DNA of 64,000 bases from the IMG/VR virus record IMGVR_UViG_3300033156_000141, positions 19,092-83,091 of that record, one strand, 5' to 3'. The translations under genes and the position numbers were made by a program. Positions 53,330 to 63,209 of this stretch are shown here, piece by piece. The notes under the pieces were generated by a model that searched no databases, was not told where the DNA came from, and saw nothing but the letters and a program-made list of their open reading frames with translations. Origin of the DNA: a virus (taxonomy: Duplodnaviria; Heunggongvirae; Uroviricota; Caudoviricetes). How positions within the stretch are numbered: position 1 is the first letter of the stretch; each line of letters starts with the position of its first letter.

Positions 53330-55209
53330 CAGAGTTAGAAGAAATTAAAGGAGTGGGAGCAAGTATAGCTGAACAGCTAAAACAAGCTGGGATTACATCA
53401 GCTGAAGATCTATCAGTAAGAGATCCAGAAGAGATCAAAGCTTTGCTTAATTGTTCACTAGCTAAAGCTAAGAAGCTTATTACAGCTGCCAAAGATGTAA
53501 CAGTCAATGCAGTACACATCTATACTGGTGAGGAACTTAATGAAGAGAGAAAAAGCAAGATTCAGAGAATCTCTACCAATAGCTCAGAGCTTGACAAGAT
53601 ATTTGGTGGTGGAGTACCTACTGATGCATTAACAGCTTTTACTGGACAGTTTGCTTGTATACCATACAATACTTGGATAGCTATTCCAACTAAAACTCTT
53701 AAGAATGGAAAGAAGAAATCATTCATAGAGCTTAGATATCTAAAGGAAGGAGACTCTATATTAGCTATTGATGAGAATGGTAATTTAGTAGAGGACAGAG
53801 TGATATACAAGAAACGAAGAAGACTATTCTATGATGAGCCATTTCTGACAATAGTAACTAATGAAGGTCATGAGCTAACAGTCACTGGAAATCATCCAGT
53901 ACTTACAGAGCATGGATTTGTCAGAGCTATGGACTTGAAAGTAGGAGATCACATAATCTGTCTAGATAATGTCCCAGAGAAATACAAGAGACATTCCAAG
54001 TTTTTGATTGGAGGAGTAACATCTGGTTCGTGGAAGAAAGGACATAAATTTACTGAGGAAGAAAAAAGGAAAATGAGTGAAGCTAGGAAAAGATTCTTTA
54101 GAGAGCATCCAGAGAGAGCTAGAGAAATCTCAAGAAAAGGAGCTATATCGCTTAGAAAGAAATTACTAAGAAGTATCCCAAAGAGTCAAATAGAGACTCT
54201 AAAGAAAGTATTTGGAATTGAACTAGAACATCCGATTAAGCTACCAGATAGATTAGTAATATCTGACATAGCGATTCCATCAAAGAAAATAGCTATTTTT
54301 AGTGACGGAGAATATTGGCACAAAGATAGAGAAAAAGATATAGAAGATACAAACAAACTAATAGAAGCTGGTTGGACTGTATATAGAATCACTGATTCTT
54401 CAATGAATTCGAATATACCTAAAGTATCAATAGAGTTCAAAGATCCAGTAATAGTTGAGATCAGAGAGGCTCAAAGAATAAATTATGTATGGGACATAGG
54501 GACAGAGAACCATCATACATTTATAGCTAATGGGATTGTTACTCACAATACTGGAAAGACACAGCTCTGTAAACAGCTGGTAGTTAATATGAAAAAACAA
54601 TACAACAGAAAATCAGTCTGGATAGAGACAGAACCACAGACATGTATACTTGATCGAATCAAGCAAATAGCTATAGCTAATGGAATAAATTTCGATCTAA
54701 AGAATGATATATACGTTATACCAGCTAAGTTCATAAAGACACCAGTACATCTGTTCAAAGCTTACGAAATGGTAGAGAGACTAATAACAGACAAGAAAGA
54801 GGATATCGGACTAATAGTAATAGATAGCTTCAATGCTCCTTTCAGAGCTGCATATGCTGGTAGAGAGACTCTGGGAAAGAGATCAGCTGAGTCTGGAAGA
54901 CACATTGGATTTCTTCAACAGCTAGCTTCACAATATAATATAGCTATAGTTATGACACTTCAAGTAATGGGAGTCCCAGACTCTGGACAACAGCTAGCTA
55001 GTATCAAGAGATATGGAATAAGAGATGCACCAGTAGCTGCACATGTAGTGAAGCATGGAGTAAACTTTCTAGTGTCTCTAGAACAAGTATCAGCTAACGA
55101 CAAGACATGGAGAGCTATTATAGCTGATGGTCCAGTACCTAGAAATGAATGTACGTTTATAATAGATGAGACTGGTATTAGAGACTTTACCAAGAGACGT
55201 GGAGTATAG
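53326..55209 (+). CDS. radA: RadA/Rad51-family recombinase with N-terminal HhH domain, interrupted by an intein in the P-loop
   Basis: EEIKGVGASIAEQLKQAGITSAEDL (HhH); Walker A split GQFA|intein|TGKTQLCKQL; Walker B GLIVIDS; 627 aa with intein, ~329 aa without. Confidence 0.85.
   Translation: MTELEEIKGVGASIAEQLKQAGITSAEDLSVRDPEEIKALLNCSLAKAKKLITAAKDVTVNAVHIYTGEELNEERKSKIQRISTNSSELDKIFGGGVPTDALTAFTGQFACIPYNTWIAIPTKTLKNGKKKSFIELRYLKEGDSILAIDENGNLVEDRVIYKKRRRLFYDEPFLTIVTNEGHELTVTGNHPVLTEHGFVRAMDLKVGDHIICLDNVPEKYKRHSKFLIGGVTSGSWKKGHKFTEEEKRKMSEARKRFFREHPERAREISRKGAISLRKKLLRSIPKSQIETLKKVFGIELEHPIKLPDRLVISDIAIPSKKIAIFSDGEYWHKDREKDIEDTNKLIEAGWTVYRITDSSMNSNIPKVSIEFKDPVIVEIREAQRINYVWDIGTENHHTFIANGIVTHNTGKTQLCKQLVVNMKKQYNRKSVWIETEPQTCILDRIKQIAIANGINFDLKNDIYVIPAKFIKTPVHLFKAYEMVERLITDKKEDIGLIVIDSFNAPFRAAYAGRETLGKRSAESGRHIGFLQQLASQYNIAIVMTLQVMGVPDSGQQLASIKRYGIRDAPVAAHVVKHGVNFLVSLEQVSANDKTWRAIIADGPVPRNECTFIIDETGIRDFTKRRGV
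53656..54549 (+). other. intein (298 codons) in the RadA Walker A loop; carries a Vsr-like PD-(D/E)xK endonuclease domain
   Basis: Begins CIPYNTWIAI..., ends ...IANGIVTHN followed by Thr; internal IAIFSDGEYWHKDREKDIEDTNKLIEAGWTVYRITD. Confidence 0.7.
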
Positions 55210-55452
55210 ATGGGTACTAGATGTCCTAACTGTGGTTCAATGGCAGTGTCTTCCAGAATAGTAACTAAAGAAGAAGTGGATCTAGTAGATCCACTAGACT
55301 TTGCTAAAGAAAAAGTAAAACAGAAAAGCTCTCTTTATACTTTTCTTTATCCATACTATGCAACTACTGATGAGATACTTCAAATAGTGGTCTATTGTGA
55401 AGGATGTGGATATACAGAGGTCTATTCTAGAAGTGAGCTTGAAGATGAATAA
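55210..55452 (+). CDS. small zinc-ribbon protein (CPNCGS...CEGCGY)
   Basis: Two CxxC pairs. Confidence 0.45.
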   Translation: MGTRCPNCGSMAVSSRIVTKEEVDLVDPLDFAKEKVKQKSSLYTFLYPYYATTDEILQIVVYCEGCGYTEVYSRSELEDE

Positions 55453-55819
55453 GATACCTATATGTCCAAACTGTAAACATACTGACTTTAAGGTTCAATG
55501 GGTAAAGAGATATCGTAACGTAAAGAATATTTCATTCAGAGAATATGCTAGAAAGGTATTTGAAGAGAGAATCAACACTAGTACGTATGAAGGTACGATT
55601 GAAATTGGATTACCTGGAACACTATGGAGTAGTACCTATTATGCAACAGATAATACTACAGTAGTAGGTACTGTTGGTTCTAGTAAATTCTTAACGACTG
55701 TTGAATCTACTGTTGAAGATCTGTTAAACGGTGTCATACAACTTGTAATGATATGCAAGAACTGTGGATACACTGTGGTAATTAATATTGATGAATGGAG
55801 ACTAGCTAATGAGCTCTAA
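55397..55819 (+). CDS. zinc-ribbon protein (140 aa; CPNCKH...CKNCGY)
   Basis: Two CxxC pairs. Confidence 0.45.
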   Translation: MKDVDIQRSILEVSLKMNKIPICPNCKHTDFKVQWVKRYRNVKNISFREYARKVFEERINTSTYEGTIEIGLPGTLWSSTYYATDNTTVVGTVGSSKFLTTVESTVEDLLNGVIQLVMICKNCGYTVVINIDEWRLANEL

Positions 55820-56021
55820 GAGGAAGTCACCATGGATTCCTGTCTTTATAAGAGATTGTACAAAACCAACTAGGTGTGACAGGTGCAATGAGTTCATACC
55901 CGAACAACATCTTATATTCTTTCTTCCTACCATACCAGGTAGGAGACCTAAAGGAAGTGTGTACTGTAGAAACTGTTTTATAGAATGGATAGACGGATTG
56001 GAGCTAGCTAAGGTGTTGTAA
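55809..56021 (+). CDS. small Cys-rich protein (70 aa)
   Basis: CDRCNE...CRNC. Confidence 0.4.
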   Translation: MSSKRKSPWIPVFIRDCTKPTRCDRCNEFIPEQHLIFFLPTIPGRRPKGSVYCRNCFIEWIDGLELAKVL

Positions 56022-56672
56022 ATGATATATGTTGATGATAGAGAACCTGAAATAATGATGGAAAAGCTACGTAACTATGGAGTGGAAGTTAAGAAAGTCA
56101 GACTACCTATAGGAGACTATGTGCTAGGAGACGAGCTTGTAATAGAGAGAAAGACAATTGATGACTTCTTCAACAGTATAGCTGAAAGACGGTACTATCC
56201 TCAGCTTTATAGAATGAAAGATTTGAAAAGACCAATAGTATACATTACTGGTGTATATCCAAAAAGACCACCTCAAAAAAGAGTAGGAAACAAGCTCATT
56301 CCAATTGATATTGAGAAAGAGCTAAGACTACACAGAATTATTAGTTACTATTCCTTTAGAATACCAGTTATTCATGTAGCTTCAGACGATGACTTTATAA
56401 AGGACTTGTTAGAATATCATAAGAAAAGCTTGAAGACAGAGCCTAGTCTTAAACCATTGAGACCTAAACGTGGAGTTACGAATGAGGAGATAAGAATAGA
56501 CATGCTTGGATGTATACCTGGTCTTGGTAGAAAAACGGCTAACTATCTTGGACGTACATATACAATAGCTGATCTCTGTGACATGGATGAGGATGAGCTC
56601 TCGTCTATAGTAATAAATAATAGAAGACTTGGTAAGAAAGGGAAAAGAATATATGAGGTACTGAGAGAATGA
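56022..56672 (+). CDS. Hef/XPF/Mus81-like ERCC4 structure-specific endonuclease with C-terminal HhH2
   Basis: IYVDDREPE and GDYVLGDELVIERKTIDDF (ERCC4 GDxnERKx3D); C-terminal LGCIPGLGRKTANYLGRTYTIADL (HhH). Confidence 0.8.
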   Translation: MIYVDDREPEIMMEKLRNYGVEVKKVRLPIGDYVLGDELVIERKTIDDFFNSIAERRYYPQLYRMKDLKRPIVYITGVYPKRPPQKRVGNKLIPIDIEKELRLHRIISYYSFRIPVIHVASDDDFIKDLLEYHKKSLKTEPSLKPLRPKRGVTNEEIRIDMLGCIPGLGRKTANYLGRTYTIADLCDMDEDELSSIVINNRRLGKKGKRIYEVLRE

Positions 56673-56830
56673 GTAGTACTTCAGTAACTAAAGAGAAAGA
56701 GCTTAGATGTCAGTACTGTGGTAGAAGAATAATGAAAAATCCAATTATACAGACTGTGTGGAAAGATGGTAAGATCTCAATTGGATATGTTTATTGCTCA
56801 AGGGAGTGTGCTCTAGCTGCAAGTCTATAA
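56669..56830 (+). CDS. mini zinc-finger protein (53 aa; CQYCGR...CSRECALAASL)
   Basis: ATG overlapping the upstream stop; not in the supplied track because of its length. Confidence 0.35.
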   Translation: MSSTSVTKEKELRCQYCGRRIMKNPIIQTVWKDGKISIGYVYCSRECALAASL

Positions 56831-57074
56831 TTTAGATTATGGATATGTTTGTGACTATTGTAGGAAAGAGTTCAAGCATGAACCAGTAATTGTTGAAGGT
56901 GTAATTGAAAGAGAACTAACACTTGGCTTGAATCTTATTAAGAAAGCTCCGTTTTATGTACCTATACCTATATTTAAGATATACTGTTGTAAGGAGTGTG
57001 CATTAGCTGATAATCTGTAAGTTTGAATTGGATTATGGTCCTTACGGACATATAAAAATGTAAAAATAGGAGGG

Positions 57075-58103
57075 ATGTGTATGGAGATACCATCTAAGAT
57101 ACAGGAAAGATTGAATCAGTTCTCTGAGATGTATGGAATACCAGTTGAAACACTAGAGAATGAAATGTTGGAATATCTGCCTAGAGTACGAGAAGAACAT
57201 CCAAGAATGAGTCAAGAAAAACGACTAGTATTATGTCTGAGACTACTCAAGCTACAGCTACAGAGAGAGGAAGGTGGAGCTAACTCTAGAGCTATAATGC
57301 ACACAGGATTCTTCTTTGGATGTACACCAATAGAAAACACTGCTGATCGTATGATAGCTAAGATCAAGAGAATGCCACCAGAGCTACAGTCTAAGTTTCA
57401 TCCAGAACCAGAAGTATGGCTTGATTATAGAGAAGGATCTGACAACTATCTGAAACCGATTAAAGGAACAGATCACAGAACATACTATTTCATTGGTTCT
57501 ACTGGTAGAGAGCTAGCTGAGGAACGTGTAAAGTTTGGTATGCTCGAAGTATGGGGAGACTTGGTTACTGAAATAATGCCAAAGAACCTTCATATACTCT
57601 ATAATTTCAGAGCTTTACCTAGACAGTCTGACAAACAGCTACCATATTATCATTTGAATGCTAGCTCAGTAACTAGATTTAGACCTTCAATTGATCAGAT
57701 AAACTATCTAGAACAAGAGAGACTAGTAAGAAAGCTCTTTGACATCTATAATATCAGTGAAGTAGAGAACATATACGAAATAAAGTTTGTGCCACCTAAT
57801 GATCCAGAAGAGAGAAAGTACTGGAGAAGAGAACCAATATTTCTTGAAGGTGATGTAGTGAACATCATATTTACAGGAGAGACCAAGCAGAACATAGTTA
57901 GACTAACAGATTTTGAGACATATTCTGAGATTAGATGCTTTGTACCAAAGTATCTGACTATTAACTTTGCAGAAAACAGCAGAATACTAGCTTTTGGTAC
58001 TCTATCAAAGCTTAAAAGACAGGGATCTGATGAAGAAGAGATAGTGATGAACATGAGAGGATACATTAATGTTCCACTAGAGTCAGAGTTTATCAACTTA
58101 TGA
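57075..58103 (+). CDS. hypothetical protein (342 aa), possibly a DNA-binding/replication accessory protein
   Basis: Long ORF in the replication module with SD AGGAGGGATG; no catalytic motif recognised. Confidence 0.5.
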   Translation: MCMEIPSKIQERLNQFSEMYGIPVETLENEMLEYLPRVREEHPRMSQEKRLVLCLRLLKLQLQREEGGANSRAIMHTGFFFGCTPIENTADRMIAKIKRMPPELQSKFHPEPEVWLDYREGSDNYLKPIKGTDHRTYYFIGSTGRELAEERVKFGMLEVWGDLVTEIMPKNLHILYNFRALPRQSDKQLPYYHLNASSVTRFRPSIDQINYLEQERLVRKLFDIYNISEVENIYEIKFVPPNDPEERKYWRREPIFLEGDVVNIIFTGETKQNIVRLTDFETYSEIRCFVPKYLTINFAENSRILAFGTLSKLKRQGSDEEEIVMNMRGYINVPLESEFINL

Positions 58104-58113
58104 GGTGAACTAA

Positions 58114-59022
58114 ATGTCAGAGAACACTACACCTGAGAAGCTTCTAGATTTTCTAGATGAAGAATGGGAGATACTCTATATTGATCCTAAAGAGCTAAAA
58201 GGAGTATCTCCCTTCAATGCTCGTAAACAAGAACCAGAAGTAGATCTGGATTCTCTAGTAATATCAATGAGAGAGACTGGAATAAACACTGAACCTATTA
58301 TAGTCGATGAAGATCTATATGTAGTAGCTGGTGGTAGACGATATAGAGCTGCACTACTAGCTGAGCTTTCTAGAGTATGGTGTCTAAAGAAACGTATGTC
58401 AGAGAATGAAAAGATAGTACGTTCATTCCTAGAGAATGAGCTAAAGTACGATATGACTATGGAAGACAGATATCAATTTGCAAAGATACTTAGAGACAAG
58501 GGACTATCTGTAGAACAAATATCACTTATCACTGGTAGATCTCCAAGTACTATAAGAGAGTGGTTGGGACTACACAAGGTACCAGATGTACTAAAACAAG
58601 CTGAGAAAGAAGAGGAGTACAAGAAGCTTCCAGTTAAGAAGAAACAGCTACTAAGAAAAAGTCTCCAAACACTAGATGTGTTCAAGGAGAATCCTGAAGT
58701 AGCTGTAAAGACACTTGAGATAGCTAATGAAGCTCCATTGAGACTTGTGGAAGAGCTAGTACAAGATGCAAAGATGGGACATCTGGATGTGAATCCAGAG
58801 ATTAAGCTAGAGAAATACAAGCAGATAAGTGAAGAGCTTAGAAAGCCAAAGAATGAACGTAAATATCTAATGAGACCAGTGAGACTTCCATCAGATCTAA
58901 TAAGCAAGCTAATAACCATAGCTAAGTTCGACTTTCCTAATGATACACTGGATGACATAGTAGCTCAGATACTATGGGAGTATGTAAACAAAAGAGCTAA
59001 AGAGCTAGGACTGATGTTCTAA
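58114..59022 (+). CDS. ParB-like nuclease domain (ParB/Srx) protein
   Basis: VSPFNARKQ...LYVVAGGRRYRAALLA = ParB N-terminal GxRR box. Confidence 0.65.
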   Translation: MSENTTPEKLLDFLDEEWEILYIDPKELKGVSPFNARKQEPEVDLDSLVISMRETGINTEPIIVDEDLYVVAGGRRYRAALLAELSRVWCLKKRMSENEKIVRSFLENELKYDMTMEDRYQFAKILRDKGLSVEQISLITGRSPSTIREWLGLHKVPDVLKQAEKEEEYKKLPVKKKQLLRKSLQTLDVFKENPEVAVKTLEIANEAPLRLVEELVQDAKMGHLDVNPEIKLEKYKQISEELRKPKNERKYLMRPVRLPSDLISKLITIAKFDFPNDTLDDIVAQILWEYVNKRAKELGLMF

Positions 59023-59058
59023 ACCTAAGCTCCCTCTTTTTTTTGGGTGAATTGAAAC

Positions 59059-61632
59059 TTGTTATTGTCTCTTGTAACAGCTACATATAGAGTAGAGAAA
59101 GGAACTCCAGTTGTGTATCTGTTTACAAGAGACGAAGATGGAAATAAATTCATATTCAGGGACTCAAGCTTTGAACCATACTTCTTTATTCAGAGACAAG
59201 ATCTGTCGTATATTCAGTTTCCTGAAGACTACAAGTCCATGATTAAAAGAATAGAAACTGTTAGAATGCCTATGATGGGTGGTGGAGACCTAGCTGCTAA
59301 GATAGTAACTAAGATTCCAAATGATGTAGCTAAGCTTAGAAAATGGTTACATAGTAGGAAGACTAAGTATAGACCTAGAGGATTTGATACTTACGAAGCT
59401 GATGTACTGTTTGTTTATAGATATCTAATAAACAAAGGGATTCGTAATGGGATAGAAGTAGATGATCTATACTTTAGTCTTCATAAGCTTGACAGATATA
59501 TTCCATGGAATGACGATTACTGTAAACCAGCTGAGTGTCCATACTCAGTCAAAAGAGTACTGTTTATTGATATTGAGACAGTATCAGAAGCATCTAAACA
59601 GATTTCTGTTATAGGTATGTGGGATTCTTTCTCTAGACATTATGTACAGCTTTATTGGAAAGAGACTAGAGGTATTGATCATGAATATATTAGATACTTC
59701 AGAGACGAAGTATCTATGTTAAATGCTTTTATTGATTATGTAAGAGAGACAAGACCTGATATCATAGTATCGTTTACTAAGTTCGATATGTTGGTTCTTA
59801 TACGTAGAATGAGAGATCTTAAGCTACCATATAGAAAACTCTCTGATATATCAAAAGTATACGTCAGCTCAGAAAAAGAAGAGGAAAGCTCTGAATCTGA
59901 TAATAAGAAAAAGTCTAGAAGATCCGACTATCTAAGTATAGGTGGCATTGAATACATAGACTTACAAGAGGTATATGAAAAAGTAGAGGGAGGACAGAGA
60001 TTTCAGACTCTGGATTATATTTCTAAAGTAGTACTTGGGTATGGAAAGATACCTCTGAAATATAGCAGTATAGGAGAGACATGGAAGCATGACTATAAGA
60101 ATGTACTTTACTATAACCTTAGAGATGTCCATCTTATCAAGGAAATAGACAATAAGCTAAAGCTAATTGATGAGTATCTTGATCCTATTAGACGTAAGGT
60201 TGGATGCTCCTTCAACGATGCTATGTATGCAGCTAGAGTAGCTGATATTTCTTATCTTAGATTGTTACATGGCAAGATAATACTGAGAACAAGACCAGTA
60301 GAAAAAGTTAGAAGAAGATATACTGGAGCTATAGTGCTAAGAGCTATACCTGGAATACATGATTGGGTTGTATGTGTGGACTTTAAGTCTCTATATCCAT
60401 CGATTATTAGAACATTCAATATTGGATGGGATACTTATGATGCCTCTGGTGACATTCCACTAGAGGGAGCTAGATATGTGTCGGATACCAAGAGCTGGAC
60501 TGTTCAGCTACTAGAGGAAATGGCTCCTATACTAGAGGAGAACAAGAGACAACAAAAGATAGCTAAAGAAAAAGGTGATTGGGAGCTATTAAATGCTCTC
60601 AAACGAAGAAGACTTGCTTACAAAGCTATAGTAAATGGAATCTATGGATTCTTTGGTTTTCCAGGTGATCCAGAACGACATCTACCAGCATCTAGATTCT
60701 ATTCAATAGCTATAGCTGAGAGTATTACTACAGCTGCTAGAAACATACTAAAGAAGTCGATTGAGATATGTAAAGAAATAGGATATGAAGCTATAATGGG
60801 TGATACTGACTCACTATTTGTAAAGATGAAAACTGGTTCTGAAGAGGAAGCTGAACAGATAAGAGATGAGATACAGTCAAGACTTCATGAATATATTAGA
60901 AATCACTACAATGTAGATCCAAGCTTGATAGTTCTAGAAATAGATGAGATCTATAAAAGACTGATTGTACTAGCTAAGAAAAGATATGCTGGTAAGACAA
61001 TAGATGGAAGAAAGGTATTCAAGGGACTAGAGATTGTAAGAAAAGATCAGTCTGAGCTAACGATTGAAACTCAGGAAGGACTTATTGATCTAATGTTAAA
61101 TGGAGCTAATAAACAGAGAATAAAAGACTTTATAGAGAAACAGATTAGGAAGCTTGACAAATATCCTCTAGAGAAGGTAGGTATAGCTGTAACACTGACC
61201 AAACCTAGAACAGAATATACAAGCATGGTTATACAGCTCAAAGCACTGGAATTTGCTAATCAAATACTTGATCTAGACATTCAGGAAGGAGAGAGATTCT
61301 TCTATGTACCAATTAAAGAATATCGAAATAAGCCAATAACAGTAACAGTGAAGCTTAAAGAGCCAATAGAGATAGATGAGAAAGATCCAAAGACTGGTAA
61401 GAATAAGATCATTAAAAATATAACAAAGACTGTCTATTCTGATGTAGCTGGGTTCAGAGAAGCTTCTGATCTAGAAAAGGCTCCTGGTATTGTTATAGAC
61501 AGAGATAGACTTCTTGAACGTACTATTAAGAAAAAGACAGAAGACTTATTAGCTTTAATAGGGTTATCATGGGATGAGGTAATGAGAGGTGCTAGGGGTC
61601 AGACTTCTTTATCTTCATTCTTTAAGAGGTGA
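59059..61632 (+). CDS. family B DNA polymerase
   Basis: Exo I VLFIDIETV, motif A VVCVDFKSLYPSII, motif B KRRRLAYKAIVNGIYG, motif C IMGDTDSLFV; 857 aa. Confidence 0.85.
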   Translation: MLLSLVTATYRVEKGTPVVYLFTRDEDGNKFIFRDSSFEPYFFIQRQDLSYIQFPEDYKSMIKRIETVRMPMMGGGDLAAKIVTKIPNDVAKLRKWLHSRKTKYRPRGFDTYEADVLFVYRYLINKGIRNGIEVDDLYFSLHKLDRYIPWNDDYCKPAECPYSVKRVLFIDIETVSEASKQISVIGMWDSFSRHYVQLYWKETRGIDHEYIRYFRDEVSMLNAFIDYVRETRPDIIVSFTKFDMLVLIRRMRDLKLPYRKLSDISKVYVSSEKEEESSESDNKKKSRRSDYLSIGGIEYIDLQEVYEKVEGGQRFQTLDYISKVVLGYGKIPLKYSSIGETWKHDYKNVLYYNLRDVHLIKEIDNKLKLIDEYLDPIRRKVGCSFNDAMYAARVADISYLRLLHGKIILRTRPVEKVRRRYTGAIVLRAIPGIHDWVVCVDFKSLYPSIIRTFNIGWDTYDASGDIPLEGARYVSDTKSWTVQLLEEMAPILEENKRQQKIAKEKGDWELLNALKRRRLAYKAIVNGIYGFFGFPGDPERHLPASRFYSIAIAESITTAARNILKKSIEICKEIGYEAIMGDTDSLFVKMKTGSEEEAEQIRDEIQSRLHEYIRNHYNVDPSLIVLEIDEIYKRLIVLAKKRYAGKTIDGRKVFKGLEIVRKDQSELTIETQEGLIDLMLNGANKQRIKDFIEKQIRKLDKYPLEKVGIAVTLTKPRTEYTSMVIQLKALEFANQILDLDIQEGERFFYVPIKEYRNKPITVTVKLKEPIEIDEKDPKTGKNKIIKNITKTVYSDVAGFREASDLEKAPGIVIDRDRLLERTIKKKTEDLLALIGLSWDEVMRGARGQTSLSSFFKR

Positions 61633-61820
61633 TTTATATGCCTGGACCAGTTGAGAAGAATGGAAAGCTGTACTGTCCAATATGTGGAGCTGAAGTAGTG
61701 GAGAATGTGGTTAGATACTACAAGATAACAGATGGAGTCTTTAAAAGTGAAAAGATAGTTACTGAAATAACATATGAATGTAAGAAATGTGGATGGAGCT
61801 ACTGGATCAAAGATGAGTAG
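61629..61820 (+). CDS. small zinc-ribbon protein (CPICGA...CKKCGW)
   Basis: Two CxxC pairs. Confidence 0.45.
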   Translation: MIYMPGPVEKNGKLYCPICGAEVVENVVRYYKITDGVFKSEKIVTEITYECKKCGWSYWIKDE

Positions 61821-62172
61821 CTACGATAGTATGATAGGTGGAATAAATGTCAATATAACTCTTCCTAGAGATATGTTTATCAAGAGAGTGGTTAAGTGTC
61901 CATACTGTGAACAGATGACAGCTAGGCTTAGACAGACAGGTCAATTTATTGAACAGTACTATTGTAGCAACTGTAAGTTCAAGTTCTATCCTAATACTCC
62001 TACTCATCTATTGACTGATTATGCCATAGAATATTATGAAGAGATAGAACGTGAATACAACAAAGTACGTAATGAAATAGAGAAGCTGAATGAGTATCTT
62101 TTGCAATACAAGGATATACTTGACAAAGCTGGTACAAATGTGAAGTCTATATTGCTCAAGGAGAGACTATAG
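61774..62172 (+). CDS. zinc-ribbon protein with C-terminal-tail motif (ends ...KSILLKERL)
   Basis: CPYCEQ...CSNCKF; paralog of 62174..62506; the tail matches the LLAKEI family. Confidence 0.5.
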   Translation: MNVRNVDGATGSKMSSYDSMIGGINVNITLPRDMFIKRVVKCPYCEQMTARLRQTGQFIEQYYCSNCKFKFYPNTPTHLLTDYAIEYYEEIEREYNKVRNEIEKLNEYLLQYKDILDKAGTNVKSILLKERL

Positions 62173-62173
62173 T

Positions 62174-62506
62174 TTGAACAATGATGCTTTGAACTTTATA
62201 GAAAAAACTAAGAAGCTTCTTGAGAAATATCCAAAGACTAGGAAGTGTCCATTCTGTGGAAGTACGTCTTATCTAGAAACTATAGGCTTTATTGTCAGTG
62301 ATGTTGGAAGATACTTCTGTCCTGAATGTAAGTTTTCATTTCAAGCTGACTTGGATGATGATGAGATAATCAAGAAAGCTATTGAGTACTATAATAGACT
62401 TGAGAAGAACTATGAGAACTATGTTCAAATGGCTAAATACAACAAGCATTTAATGAACAAAGCTAGTGATGAGCTGAAATCCTATTTATTGGCAAAGAGA
62501 TTATGA
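62174..62506 (+). CDS. zinc-ribbon protein with C-terminal-tail motif (ends ...KSYLLAKRL)
   Basis: CPFCGS...CPECKF; paralog of 61774..62172. Confidence 0.5.
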   Translation: MNNDALNFIEKTKKLLEKYPKTRKCPFCGSTSYLETIGFIVSDVGRYFCPECKFSFQADLDDDEIIKKAIEYYNRLEKNYENYVQMAKYNKHLMNKASDELKSYLLAKRL

Positions 62507-62507
62507 C

Positions 62508-63209
62508 ATGAAAGGTGATACAAGTTTGAAGATAGGAGCTTTTCAGGGATTGAGTCTGATTGAATATCCTGAACATCTATCATGTATTGTCTTTACTATT
62601 GGATGTCAGTTTAGATGTGGTTATTGTCAGAATCCAGATCTAGCTCTATCTCGTATTAGTCCAATAGACTCTAAAATAGTTCTTGAGAAGATACATAATA
62701 AACGTAAGTATCTTGATGGATGTGTGATTACTGGAGGTGAACCTTTACTACAACAAGATATTGAGGATTTCTGTAGAATACTCAAGAACTATGGATATGA
62801 TGTTATGATTGAGACCAATGGCTATTTTTATGAAAAGCTTAGAAATCTTATAGAAAACAATCTAGTCGATTATGTTGCAATGGACTATAAAGCTCCAATC
62901 AACAAATATCAAAGAATTGTGAATGTTCCTATAGATATCTCTAGGATCGCAGCTGCTAGGGATCTGATTATGAAGTCTAATATTAAATATGAGTTCAGAA
63001 CCACAGTAGCTAGAGAGATCCTATCTCTAGAGGATCTAGTTCAGATTACAAGAGAAATCAAAAGAGCTGATCTGTATATTATTCAGAATTTTAGAAACCA
63101 ATCTGTTCTAGATCCAGAGTTCAAATATTATAAACCTTATACCACTAAAGAGCTTGAAAAGATAAAGCCATATTTATTAGAGAACGTTAAGAATGTGGTT
63201 ATAAGATAG
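62508..63209 (+). CDS. radical SAM activase-family protein (NrdG/PflA-like; anaerobic RNR-activating-protein-like)
   Basis: GLSLIEYPEHLSCIVFTIGCQFRCGYCQNPDL (Cx3CxYCxN), VITGGEPLLQ. Confidence 0.6.
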   Translation: MKGDTSLKIGAFQGLSLIEYPEHLSCIVFTIGCQFRCGYCQNPDLALSRISPIDSKIVLEKIHNKRKYLDGCVITGGEPLLQQDIEDFCRILKNYGYDVMIETNGYFYEKLRNLIENNLVDYVAMDYKAPINKYQRIVNVPIDISRIAAARDLIMKSNIKYEFRTTVAREILSLEDLVQITREIKRADLYIIQNFRNQSVLDPEFKYYKPYTTKELEKIKPYLLENVKNVVIR

